Source: an uncultured Nitrososphaerales archaeon (GTDB lineage Archaea; Thermoproteota; Nitrososphaeria; Conexivisphaerales; Conexivisphaeraceae). From it: DNA of 21,888 bases. Position 1 is the stretch's first letter. Each line of letters starts with the position of its first letter. Position numbers and translations under genes: made by a program. Location: NCBI GenBank assembly GCA_964342765.1, contig CAYFFS010000021.1, forward strand, positions 1-21,888, given 5' to 3'. Below, piece after piece: positions 6,815-16,062 of the stretch. The notes under the pieces are model-generated. The model was not told the origin of the DNA. It worked only from the letters and a program-made list of their open reading frames with translations, and did not search any database.

Positions 6815-7582
6815 ATGCGCGCCATAATCATGGCGGGCGGCTTCGCGCGCAGGATGTGGCCCCTCACCCAGAGAACGCCCAAGCAGCTGCTTCCCCTCTC
6901 CGATGGGTACGTCATATTGGACCTAGTGGTCGACGGCCTGCTGGAACTCGATCTCGACGAGATAATACTGAGCGTCAACAGGAGGTTCTCGGAGGACTTC
7001 AGGGCCTGGGCATCCTCGCGCGGGCTGGACGTCCGCATGCTCGAGGAGGAGTCCATGAGGGAGGAGGAGAAGCCGGGGGCGGTGGGCGCCCTGAACGCAA
7101 TGCTGGGCTCCCTTGAGGAGGACGATTACCTGGTTGTGGCCGGCGACAACGTGAGCTCCATCAGCTACCGGGACCTGGCGTCCCTCATGAAGGGGAAGGG
7201 CGCCGCGTCGGTGGCGGTATACGACGTGGGCTCCAGGGATCTCGCGACCAGGTACGGCGTGGTGGAGCTGGGCCCCGACTCCAGGATACTGTCGCTCGTG
7301 GAGAAGCCTCGGAACCCCAGCTCCACCCTGATATCCACGGCCATCTACGCGATGCCGTGGAGGAGCCTTTCGAGGGTCCGCGAGTACGTCTCGGGGGGAG
7401 GGCCCCGCGACGCGCTCGGCCACTTCATATCCTGGCTGGTCTCGAGGGAGGATGTCTACGGGTTCAGGTTCCAGGGGTACTGGTTCGACATAGGCGGGAT
7501 CGACGAGTACAACAGGGTGCGCGACCTGTTCTCGCGCGGGCTCATAGCCAGGCCGAGGCACGTGAGGCCGGGCTCTCGATAG
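6815..7582 (+). CDS. Sugar-phosphate nucleotidyltransferase (NTP_transferase family, RmlA/GlmU-N-like, no LbH domain)
   Basis: 255 aa. N-terminal signature AIIMAGGFARRMWPLTQRTPKQLLPL (GGxGxRxxPLTxxxPKxLLP), then VVAGDN and EKP motifs and a YWFDIGG segment. The SD-like GGTGGAG (6803-6809) and the absence of a TATA box suggest co-transcription with the 6494 gene. Confidence 0.85.
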   Translation: MRAIIMAGGFARRMWPLTQRTPKQLLPLSDGYVILDLVVDGLLELDLDEIILSVNRRFSEDFRAWASSRGLDVRMLEEESMREEEKPGAVGALNAMLGSLEEDDYLVVAGDNVSSISYRDLASLMKGKGAASVAVYDVGSRDLATRYGVVELGPDSRILSLVEKPRNPSSTLISTAIYAMPWRSLSRVREYVSGGGPRDALGHFISWLVSREDVYGFRFQGYWFDIGGIDEYNRVRDLFSRGLIARPRHVRPGSR

Positions 7583-7674
7583 AACGCTCCGCTCGCCGGC
7601 TACGGTGATCTTTCCCCGATGCCGGAGTCGCGGTGCGCGCGAGGGCCCAAGGGGCTAGCGCGCCGGGCGCGCAG

Positions 7675-8903
<1,229 letters not shown>

Positions 8904-8930
8904 GGTCCCGCCTCGGGCTTCCCGCATCCA

Positions 8931-8939
8931 TTTGGTTTT
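8931..8939 (+). terminator. Oligo-T tract (TTTGGTTTT) downstream of zfx
   Basis: This is the only T-rich run between zfx and the acnX promoter. Archaeal termination typically uses oligo-T signals. Confidence 0.35.
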
Positions 8940-8957
8940 GGGCAGCCTCCTCGAACG

Positions 8958-8968
8958 CACTTTATAAT
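8958..8968 (+). promoter_or_regulatory. TATA box (CACTTTATAAT) of the AcnX/DUF521 gene
   Basis: TTTATAAT at 8961-8968 lies 30 nt upstream of TTG 8991 (leaderless spacing). Confidence 0.55.
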
Positions 8969-8990
8969 CCCCGGGGGCATCCGAGGCGGG

Positions 8991-10169
8991 TTGTACCTGA
9001 CGAACGAGGAGGAGAGGGCCGCCTCAGGCGAGATGGGGGAGGCGATCGCGGCCGCCTACAGGATACTTCTGGCCGTCGGGGAGCTGCTCGGCGCCAGGAG
9101 GCTCATACGGATATCCTCGGCGCACCTTTCGGGCGTCAACTACGCGAACATAGGGGATCCCGGGCTGGAGTTCCTGGAGCGCTTCAGCTCCTCCGCCAGG
9201 GTCTCGGTCCCTACGACGGTCAATCCGTGCGGCGCCGACCTCTACGACCCCCAGCCCCACGTGCCGCGCGACTTCCTGGAGAGGCAGCGCGCGATAATGG
9301 ACGCGTACCTGAGGATGGGGTGTTCCGAGTCCTTCACGTGCGCCCCCTACGAGCTCGAGTCAAATCCCCCGCCCGGGAGCCACGTGAGCTGGGCCGAGAG
9401 CTCGGCCGCGATCTTCGCAAACTCGGAGCTGGGGCTCATCACGAACAGGGAGAGCGGTCTGAGCGCCCTCGCGGCGGCGATAGCGGGCAAGACGCCCGAG
9501 GGCGGCATGCACCTGGAGGAGAACAGGAGGCCCGGCTACGCGCTAAGGGTCGACCCGGGCGCCCTGGAGCATGGCTACATAGATTATCAGCTCGTGGCGT
9601 ACTACGCGGCCTCCAGGACCTCCGCCGACGTTATAGCGTTCGTGGGCCTGCCGCGGCCCCCTCGCTCCACGATCAAGCTCATGGCCGCGGCGGTGGGGGC
9701 CGCGGGCCCCTCCTCGATGTTCGTCTTCTCGGACTCCGTCCCCCCAGGGGTGGAGTCGGAGTCGCTCGGGCGCGACGAGCTCGCGCGCCTCAGGGAGGAG
9801 CTGGTCGGGCGGGGCCCCGTGGACCCCAGGGGGTCGATGGCGATACTCGGGTGCCCCTTCTACGGGCCCCAGGAGCTCTCGAGGCTGGGGGCAGAGCTCA
9901 GGGGGCGCAGGGCGTCGCCCAGGCTATTCGTCCAGGTCTCCCGCGCGGTGGAGCTCGCCGCCAGGGAGGCCGCGGGCGAGGTCCGCGGATCGGGGGCGAC
10001 GCTCCTGAGGTGCGCGTGCTACCCGCTCTCGCCCGCAGACGAGTGGCTCGGCGCCTCCGCCGTCTACGCCGACTCCGTCAAGGCGGTGCACTACCTCAGG
10101 AAGAGGGGCGTGAACGCCTACCTGAGGGACGCGGGGGAGATACTGAGGGCGTTCTCCCACGTCACTTGA
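8991..10169 (+). CDS. Aconitase X (DUF521) catalytic-domain protein; putative phosphomevalonate dehydratase large subunit
   Basis: 392 aa. N-terminus MYLTNEEERAASGEMGEAIAAAYRILLAVGELLGARRLIRISSAHLSGVNYANIGDPGLEFLE matches the DUF521/AcnX pattern. Cys-containing segments (NPCGADL, FTCAPYE, ILGCPFYG). The functional assignment comes from the archaeal AcnX type IIb family and from mvk-ipk-idi2 in the same window. Confidence 0.8.
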   Translation: MYLTNEEERAASGEMGEAIAAAYRILLAVGELLGARRLIRISSAHLSGVNYANIGDPGLEFLERFSSSARVSVPTTVNPCGADLYDPQPHVPRDFLERQRAIMDAYLRMGCSESFTCAPYELESNPPPGSHVSWAESSAAIFANSELGLITNRESGLSALAAAIAGKTPEGGMHLEENRRPGYALRVDPGALEHGYIDYQLVAYYAASRTSADVIAFVGLPRPPRSTIKLMAAAVGAAGPSSMFVFSDSVPPGVESESLGRDELARLREELVGRGPVDPRGSMAILGCPFYGPQELSRLGAELRGRRASPRLFVQVSRAVELAAREAAGEVRGSGATLLRCACYPLSPADEWLGASAVYADSVKAVHYLRKRGVNAYLRDAGEILRAFSHVT

Positions 10170-11916
10170 CGGTCACGGACTTCGCCAGGTTCCTTGGGCG
10201 GTCTATCTCGGCCCCCCTGGCCAGGGCCAGGTGGTAGGCCAGGAGCTGGAGGGGGATCGCCTCCACGATCGGCAGCTCGACGCCCCTGGCCTCCGGTATG
10301 CGAAGGTGCACGTCGTAGAGGTCGCTTTCCACGTCGGATATCCCTATTATGAAGGCGCCCCTGGCCTTCATCTCCTCGCCGTTCGAGGCGGTGTCCGAGT
10401 GCGTGTCGTCGCCCGGGTTTATCAGGACCACCGGGGTTCCGTCCTCTATCATCGCGAGCGTCCCGTGCTTCAGCTCGCCCGCCGCGAGCCCCTCAGCGTG
10501 CACGTACGCGAGCTCCTTGACCTTGAGGGCCCCCTCGAGCGCGAGCGGGTAGTGCACCCCCCTGCCGACCAGGTACAGATCGTCGGAGCCCTTCAGCCTG
10601 TTCCCCAGCTCCCTGGCCGCGGGCTCCAGCCTGAGGGCCTCGGAGACCAGGCGCCTGGCCCTCTCCGGATCCGGGAGGGGGCGCCCCGCCATCCTGAGGG
10701 CGATCATCGAGAGGGTCGCCAGCTGGGCGGTGAAGCTCTTGGTGGCGGCAACGCCGACCTCGGGCCCCGCGCGCACGTTGACGCTGAGGTCCCCCTCCCT
10801 CTCGAGGCTCGAGTGAGGCACGTTGACGACGGAGATTATCCTGGCCCCCCTGGACTTGGCCGCCCTTACGGCCTCGAGGACGTCCGCGGTCTCGCCGCTC
10901 TGGCTTATCGCGAGCACCACGCTCCCGGGCCCCATCCACCTGAGGAAGAGGCCGTGCTCGCTCGCCAGCACGGGCTGGACGTCCAAGCCCGCGACGTCCG
11001 CGAACACGTAGCGTGCGACGAGAGCTGCGTGGTAGCTGGTCCCCGCCCCCACCGCGAACACCTGGGAGGCCTCCGAGATCGCGCGGGCCGCCTCGTCGAC
11101 CTCCGGGCGGGGGGCGAGGGCCCTGGCCACGACCTCCGGCTGCTCCATTATCTCGCGGAACGTGTGGTGGGCGTACGCGCCTGCGTCGGGCTCCGACATC
11201 TCGAACGCCACCTTCACGGGCCTCACCTCGAGCGGGGTGCCGTCGAGGAGCGCCGCCCTCACCTCGCCGGGCCTCAGGACAGCTACGCTCCCGTTCTCCA
11301 GGAAGTACGCATCGTCCGTCCACTCTATGAACGCGTAGACGTCGCTCGAGGCGTAGACCGCGCCCTTGGCCAGCCCCACGACGAGCGGGGAATCCTTGCG
11401 CGCTGCCAGCAGCGCGTCCCCGAGGGCGGGGCCCGCGGCAAGGAACGCGTAGGACCCCCTGAGCTCCCTGCAGACCGCCAATAGGGCCTGGAGGGGGTCC
11501 TCGAAGGACCTGAGCGCGTCCTCCAGCATGTGGGCTATGACCTCGCTGTCCGTGTCGCTCCTGAACCTGTGGCCCCTGGCCTCCAGCTCCTCCCTGAGCT
11601 CCCTGTAGTTCTCTATTATCCCGTTGTGGACCACGGCTATCCTGCCGTCGCACGAGGCGTGCGGGTGGGCGTTCTCGTCCGTCACCTTGCCGTGTGTTGC
11701 CCAGCGTGTGTGCGCGATGCCGGTGCTCCCCCTGAGCGCCCTCACGTACGGCTCTATCGAGTCCACCCTGCCCGCGCGCTTCACTATCGCCATGGAGTCG
11801 CCGTCCACGACCGCGACGCCGGCTGAGTCGTAGCCGCGGTACTCCAGCCTCCTCAGCCCCTTCGTCAGCACCTCCGCCGCCTCGCACCTGCCGGTGCACC
11901 CTATTATGCCACACAC
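10162..11916 (-). CDS. glmS: Glutamine--fructose-6-phosphate aminotransferase (isomerising)
   Basis: 584 aa. Begins (GTG)M-CGIIG, with the N-terminal nucleophile Cys of class II amidotransferases, then RLEYRGYDSAG and HTRWATHG. Two SIS domains and the C-terminal ...RPRNLAKSVTVK typical of GlmS. Confidence 0.95.
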   Translation of the reverse strand: MCGIIGCTGRCEAAEVLTKGLRRLEYRGYDSAGVAVVDGDSMAIVKRAGRVDSIEPYVRALRGSTGIAHTRWATHGKVTDENAHPHASCDGRIAVVHNGIIENYRELREELEARGHRFRSDTDSEVIAHMLEDALRSFEDPLQALLAVCRELRGSYAFLAAGPALGDALLAARKDSPLVVGLAKGAVYASSDVYAFIEWTDDAYFLENGSVAVLRPGEVRAALLDGTPLEVRPVKVAFEMSEPDAGAYAHHTFREIMEQPEVVARALAPRPEVDEAARAISEASQVFAVGAGTSYHAALVARYVFADVAGLDVQPVLASEHGLFLRWMGPGSVVLAISQSGETADVLEAVRAAKSRGARIISVVNVPHSSLEREGDLSVNVRAGPEVGVAATKSFTAQLATLSMIALRMAGRPLPDPERARRLVSEALRLEPAARELGNRLKGSDDLYLVGRGVHYPLALEGALKVKELAYVHAEGLAAGELKHGTLAMIEDGTPVVLINPGDDTHSDTASNGEEMKARGAFIIGISDVESDLYDVHLRIPEARGVELPIVEAIPLQLLAYHLALARGAEIDRPRNLAKSVTVK

Positions 11917-11937
11917 GGAGGCTCAGCTCGCGCGGAT

Positions 11938-11946
11938 CTATTTAAG
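11938..11946 (-). promoter_or_regulatory. TATA box (CTTAAATAG on the minus strand) of glmS
   Basis: 29 nt upstream of GTG 11916 (leaderless spacing). Confidence 0.55.
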
Positions 11947-12024
11947 GCGCCCTGATCCGCGGCCAATAACGTTACAACCTATCTCGTAACGGTTGGTCTC
12001 CGGCGATGGGGCGTCCGCGAAATC

Positions 12025-12034
12025 CATTATAACC
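12025..12034 (+). promoter_or_regulatory. TATA box (CATTATAACC) of the wHTH regulator gene
   Basis: 28-29 nt upstream of GTG 12054. It lies inside the second copy of a 22-nt direct repeat (12027-12048). Confidence 0.55.
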
Positions 12035-12053
12035 TGTTTCGTCATGGTCCTTC

Positions 12054-13043
12054 GTGGCTCGCGAGGGGCTGCTCGAGGTTGGCGGGGGCGTCGCAAGGGT
12101 GGCGGTCTTCGGGCCGGAGGGGGAGCCGCCGCAGCTCGGCGGCCCTGCGCTCAGGATACTCGGCGCCCTGAGGGAGAGGCCCATGTACCCCAGGGAGCTC
12201 GCCAGGGAGCTCGGAATCGACGAGCAGTCCGTGTACTACCACGTGAGGAGGCTGGAGGCGCTCGGGCTGATACGCCCGGTCGGCAGCGTCCGCGTGAGGG
12301 GCGCGCAGGCGCGCGTCTACTCGACCCCATACGACGGCTACTCGCAGCTGCTGCCTGGCGCCTCGCTCGCCGCGCGCGAGCCCAGGAGGAGGCCGCCCGA
12401 GAAGCTCCTCTCCTTCTTCTACGAGTTCGTCCGCGACGGGGTCCTGGACGCGACGTTCGTCGTGGGCTCCCCGGAGCCGCACGGGCCGTTCAGGGCGGCC
12501 GCCCGCGACGGCCACTACGCTGTGCAGCTGGCGCTCGCGCTCGGCTCCATAGCGTCGCCCCCGCCGGCGTTCGCCGTGAAGCTGGACGTGGACGTGCGCG
12601 CCGAGAGGTCGTACGACTCCAACATGATAATCGTGGGCGGCCCCGGGACGAACCTCCTGGCCTCCGAGCTCAACCCGCACCTGCCCGTCAGGTTCCACGA
12701 GGAGAACTACTGGCGCGGGCTGGTGGACGACGAGGGCAGGACGTTCGACCAGCCCACGGACGCCCTGATAGCTAAGGTGCCAAGCCCCTTCAGCCCCGGC
12801 AGGTACGTGGTCCTGGTGGCAGGCGTCAGGCACGTGGGGACGAAGTCGGCCGTCCTGGCCCTCAGCACTGACCACGAGAGGATACTTGGGGCCTACAGGG
12901 GGATACCCTTCGCCGTCGTGGTCAGGGGGTACGACGCTGACGGCGACGGCAAGGTGGACGAGGTGGAGCCCCTTCGCTACTACGGCGGCCGAGGCCCATC
13001 CCCTGCCGATGGGGGCGCCCCTCGGCGGGGCGATAAAGGTTAA
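12054..13043 (+). CDS. ArsR-like winged-helix protein with a ~220-aa uncharacterised C-terminal domain
   Basis: 329 aa. wHTH segment LRILGALRERPMYPRELARELGIDEQSVYYHVRRLEALGLI. The C-terminal domain (FVVGSPEPHGP..., MIIVGGPGTNLLASELN, YVVLVAGVRHVGTKSAVLAL) belongs to no family I can name with certainty. GTG start at leaderless distance. Confidence 0.75.
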   Translation: MAREGLLEVGGGVARVAVFGPEGEPPQLGGPALRILGALRERPMYPRELARELGIDEQSVYYHVRRLEALGLIRPVGSVRVRGAQARVYSTPYDGYSQLLPGASLAAREPRRRPPEKLLSFFYEFVRDGVLDATFVVGSPEPHGPFRAAARDGHYAVQLALALGSIASPPPAFAVKLDVDVRAERSYDSNMIIVGGPGTNLLASELNPHLPVRFHEENYWRGLVDDEGRTFDQPTDALIAKVPSPFSPGRYVVLVAGVRHVGTKSAVLALSTDHERILGAYRGIPFAVVVRGYDADGDGKVDEVEPLRYYGGRGPSPADGGAPRRGDKG

Positions 13044-13047
13044 ATTC
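13036..13047 (+). promoter_or_regulatory. BRE/TATA box (AAGGTTAAATTC) of the rps13 operon
   Basis: It overlaps the stop of the wHTH gene. Spacing fits TTG 13077 (37 nt) better than GTG 13053 (13 nt). Confidence 0.5.
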
Positions 13048-13052
13048 AGGCC

Positions 13053-13553
13053 GTGCGGCGACCGGCCGTCGCGGGCTTGTCCGAGGCTAAGTCGATAGTG
13101 AGGCTGGCGGGGAGGGACCTGGACGGGAACAAGAACGTAGTCGCGGCGCTGAAGGACATCAAGGGGGTTGGGCTCGTCCTGGCGCAGGCGATCCTCAACC
13201 ACCTCAGGATAGGCACCAACCTGCGCCTGGGCCAGCTGAGCGAGGGCCAGATATCCGCGATAGAGAGGGTGCTCAGGAACCCCGCGGCCGTCGGCCTTCC
13301 GCCCTGGCTCCTGAACAGGAGGAAGGACCCCGAGACCGGGAAGGACCTCCACGTGATAGAGTCCGACCTCGAGTTCGCGGTCAAGATGGACATAGAGCGC
13401 GAGAAGAGGGTCGGCAGCTGGAGGGGCGTGAGGCACGCCCTGGGCCTCAAGGTCAGGGGGCAGAGGACCAGGACGACCGGCAGGAAGGGCAAGACGGTCG
13501 GCGTGAGGAAGAGGGCGGGCGCTGCCCCCGCCCAGGGCCAGCAGGGGCAGTGA
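13053..13553 (+). CDS. rps13: 30S ribosomal protein S13 (uS13)
   Basis: SIVRLAGRDLDGNKNVVAALKDIKGVGLVLAQAI and SWRGVRHALGLKVRGQRTRTTGRKG are uS13 signatures. The more likely biological start is TTG 13077 (MSEAKSIVRLAG...), from promoter spacing and the usual N-terminal length. 13053 is the longest-ORF start. Confidence 0.93.
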   Translation: MRRPAVAGLSEAKSIVRLAGRDLDGNKNVVAALKDIKGVGLVLAQAILNHLRIGTNLRLGQLSEGQISAIERVLRNPAAVGLPPWLLNRRKDPETGKDLHVIESDLEFAVKMDIEREKRVGSWRGVRHALGLKVRGQRTRTTGRKGKTVGVRKRAGAAPAQGQQGQ

Positions 13554-13564
13554 GGTGATGCGGC

Positions 13565-14074
13565 TTGGGGGACCCTAAGAAGCCCAAGAAGAAGTACACG
13601 ACCCCGAACAGGCCGTGGGACGCCGAGAGGCTCCAGAGGGAGGTGTACCTGCTCGGCACCTACGGGCTCAGGAACAAGAGGGAGCTGTGGAGGGCCCAGA
13701 CGATGCTCTCCAAGATAAGGGCCCAGGCGAGGGGCCTCCTGGCGGCCCCGCCCGAGGTCAGGAACAGGCAGGAGCCCCTGCTGATATCGAGGCTCGTGAG
13801 GCTCGGGCTCCTGAAGGAGGGCTCCACCCTCGACGACGTCCTGAGCCTCAAGGTGGAGGACATACTTGAGAGGAGGCTCCAGACCATCGTCTGGAGGAAG
13901 GGCTTCGCCCGCACGATCCACCAGGCCCGCCAGCTCGTGGTCCACGGCCACGTGTACGTGCGCGGCAGGGTCGTGGATCGCCCGGGGTACCTCGTGCCCC
14001 GCGACGAGGAGAACTCGATATACGTGGAGCTCGCGGCCCCCACCGCGCCCCAGGCCGGCGAGGTGAGCGCGTGA
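13565..14074 (+). CDS. rps4: 30S ribosomal protein S4 (uS4)
   Basis: [19 protein letters not shown]-terminus. S4 RNA-binding domain ([44 protein letters not shown]). TTG start preceded by a perfect SD, GAGGTGAT (13552-13559). Confidence 0.95.
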   Translation: MGDPKKPKKKYTTPNRPWDAERLQREVYLLGTYGLRNKRELWRAQTMLSKIRAQARGLLAAPPEVRNRQEPLLISRLVRLGLLKEGSTLDDVLSLKVEDILERRLQTIVWRKGFARTIHQARQLVVHGHVYVRGRVVDRPGYLVPRDEENSIYVELAAPTAPQAGEVSA

Positions 14075-14484
14075 TGTCCTCGGAGCAGGGCAAGCAGGAG
14101 CAGGACAAATGGGGGGTCGCGCACATCTACAGCAGCTTCAACAACACTATAGTGCACATAACGGATCTCTCTGGTGCGGAGACGATAGCGATAAGCAGCG
14201 GCGGCCAGCACGTGGATGCCGACAGGCTGGAGGGCTCGCCCTACGCCGCGATGAAGGCCGCGCAGGCCGCGGCCGAGGTCGCGAAGGCGAAGGGGATAAC
14301 CGCGCTGCACATAAAGGTCAGGGGGGTCGGGGGCACCGGGCCCAGGACCCCCGGGCCGGGGGCGCAGGCAGCGATAAGGGCGCTCGTCAGGGCGGGCTTC
14401 AAGATAGGCAGGATAGAGGACGTGACCCCCATACCCCATGACACGACTAGGAAGCCGGGAGGAAGAAGGGGAAGGAGGGCGTGA
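14071..14484 (+). CDS. rps11: 30S ribosomal protein S11 (uS11)
   Basis: [27 protein letters not shown] and [42 protein letters not shown] are uS11 signatures. SD GAGGTGA (14060-14066). The start overlaps the rps4 stop. Confidence 0.95.
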   Translation: MMSSEQGKQEQDKWGVAHIYSSFNNTIVHITDLSGAETIAISSGGQHVDADRLEGSPYAAMKAAQAAAEVAKAKGITALHIKVRGVGGTGPRTPGPGAQAAIRALVRAGFKIGRIEDVTPIPHDTTRKPGGRRGRRA

Positions 14485-15665
14485 TGTCCGCGGCCCCCGA
14501 GGTAACAATCCTGGAGGAGGACCGCCTGAGCCTCAAGGTCAGGCTGCGCGGCGTGCCACTCGAGTACGCGAACGCCCTGCGCCGCTTCATGATATCGGAG
14601 GTCCCCACGCTCGCGATAGACAGCATAGCGGTCCTGGACAACACGTCCCCCGTCTACGACGAGGTCCTCGCGCACAGGCTGGGGCTGATACCCCTGAGGG
14701 GCGACCCCTACAAGTACTCCGGGGACTGCGGGGGTTCGCCCTGCCAGGTCCTCCTAGTGCTGGACGCCAAGGCCGAGGGGGAGCCCAGGACCGTGCTCTC
14801 GGGGGAGCTGGCGTCCGAGGACAAGGAGGTGGCGCCGATATCCCCGAACATACCCATAGCGAAGCTGGCGCCGGGGCAGAGGATAAGGCTCGAGGCGTAC
14901 GCGAGGGTCGGAAGGGGGAAGGAGCACGCCAAGTGGCAGCCCGTCTCCGTGTCCGTGCTGAAGCCGTACCCGCACGTCAAGCTTCTGGACCCGAGGTCAA
15001 AGTGCGCGAGGGAGGCGGCCGAGGCGTGCCTTCCGAAGGTCCTGAAGTACTCGGGGGATTCGCTGACCGTGGAGGGGGAGCACAGGTGCAGGCTGTGCAT
15101 GGACTGCGTCAGGGCGTGCCCCGACGCGGTCAAGGTAGAGGAGCTCGAGGACGACCACATAATATATTTGGAGAGCGTCGGCGCCCTCGAGCCCAGGAGG
15201 ATAATTTATATGGCGGCCAAGGAGCTCCTCGCGCAGCTGGAGGAGCTTTCGAGGCAGGTGGAGGCGCTTGGCAATGAGCGAGGTCTCCAGGCGCGCGGCC
15301 GAGAGGGCATTGAGGAGGGCCTACAGGGAGACGGGCAGGCCCATATGGAGGGCGCTGCGCGACGCGATAAGGAGGACGAGCCGCTCCAGGATGGTCAGGG
15401 TCAACGTCGGGAAGATAAACAGGCTGGCTTCCGACGGGGACGTGGTGGTGGTCCCCGGGAAGGTCCTGGGGATGGGGGCCGTCGACAAGAGGCTGACGGT
15501 CGCGGCCCTTGCCTTCTCCGCGGAGGCCAGGAGGAAGATAGAGTCCGCGGGCGGGAGGGCTATGTCCCTGGAGGAGCTCGCCTCCTCCCAGGCCAACGTG
15601 AAGGGGGTGAGGCTGATTGGCGGCTGAGGACCGCGTGGTCGTCGTGGACGCCGAGGGGCAGGTGA
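14481..15665 (+). CDS. rpoD: DNA-directed RNA polymerase subunit D (Rpo3); the ORF runs 128 codons past the conserved end
   Basis: Residues 1-266 are Rpo3-like ([40 protein letters not shown], ferredoxin-like [12 protein letters not shown] cluster motif). Homology ends near 15278 (…[13 protein letters not shown]), but the first in-frame stop is at 15663-15665. See findings. Confidence 0.9.
   Translation: MMSAAPEVTILEEDRLSLKVRLRGVPLEYANALRRFMISEVPTLAIDSIAVLDNTSPVYDEVLAHRLGLIPLRGDPYKYSGDCGGSPCQVLLVLDAKAEGEPRTVLSGELASEDKEVAPISPNIPIAKLAPGQRIRLEAYARVGRGKEHAKWQPVSVSVLKPYPHVKLLDPRSKCAREAAEACLPKVLKYSGDSLTVEGEHRCRLCMDCVRACPDAVKVEELEDDHIIYLESVGALEPRRIIYMAAKELLAQLEELSRQVEALGNERGLQARGREGIEEGLQGDGQAHMEGAARRDKEDEPLQDGQGQRREDKQAGFRRGRGGGPREGPGDGGRRQEADGRGPCLLRGGQEEDRVRGREGYVPGGARLLPGQREGGEADWRLRTAWSSWTPRGR
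15268..15627 (+). CDS. rpl18e: 50S ribosomal protein L18e (eL18)
   Basis: 119 aa. [31 protein letters not shown]...[10 protein letters not shown] fits L18e. TTG 15268 or ATG 15274, preceded by the SD-like AGGTGGAGG. Conserved position after rpoD. Confidence 0.9.
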   Translation: MAMSEVSRRAAERALRRAYRETGRPIWRALRDAIRRTSRSRMVRVNVGKINRLASDGDVVVVPGKVLGMGAVDKRLTVAALAFSAEARRKIESAGGRAMSLEELASSQANVKGVRLIGG

Positions 15666-16057
15666 TGGGGAGGCTCGCCTCGAAGGTCGCGAAGATGCTC
15701 CTCGAGGGGTACTCGGTCCACGTGGTCAACGCGCCCGGCGCGCTGATATCGGGGGCCAGGCGCAGCGTGATAGAGGAGTGGAAGAGGTTCCTGGAGGTGG
15801 GCAGCATCGTCAACCCCGAGCACGGCCCCTATCACCACCGCCGCCCCGACACGATATTGAAGGACGTCATCCGCGGGATGCTCCCAAGGCAGAAGCCGAG
15901 GGGGAGGGAGGCCCTGAGGAGGCTCAGGGTCTACAACGATTACCCTGAGGAGCTCAAGGGCGTGCAGGCGATGAGGTTCGAGGAGGCCGAGCCGAGGAGG
16001 CCGCGCCTTTATTACATAACCCTGGGGGAGCTGGCGCGCGAGCTGGGATGGAGGTGA
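15617..16057 (+). CDS. rpl13: 50S ribosomal protein L13 (uL13)
   Basis: [32 protein letters not shown] and HHRRPDTILKDVIRGMLPRQKPRGREALRRLRVY are uL13 signatures. TTG start with GGGGTGAGG upstream. Confidence 0.93.
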   Translation: MAAEDRVVVVDAEGQVMGRLASKVAKMLLEGYSVHVVNAPGALISGARRSVIEEWKRFLEVGSIVNPEHGPYHHRRPDTILKDVIRGMLPRQKPRGREALRRLRVYNDYPEELKGVQAMRFEEAEPRRPRLYYITLGELARELGWR

Positions 16058-16062
16058 GGTAG

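Noticed and set aside
10231-11914. 417-aa + ORF and 473-aa minus-strand alternative-frame ORF over glmS
   Set aside because: GlmS is unambiguous in its frame (CGIIG nucleophile, SIS domains, KSVTVK end). The alternatives are R/G/P/E-rich shadows.
12042-14508. Long minus-strand ORFs (464 aa, 301 aa, 282 aa) antisense to the wHTH gene, rps13, rps4 and rps11
   Set aside because: They are antisense to highly conserved ribosomal protein genes and have shadow-like composition.
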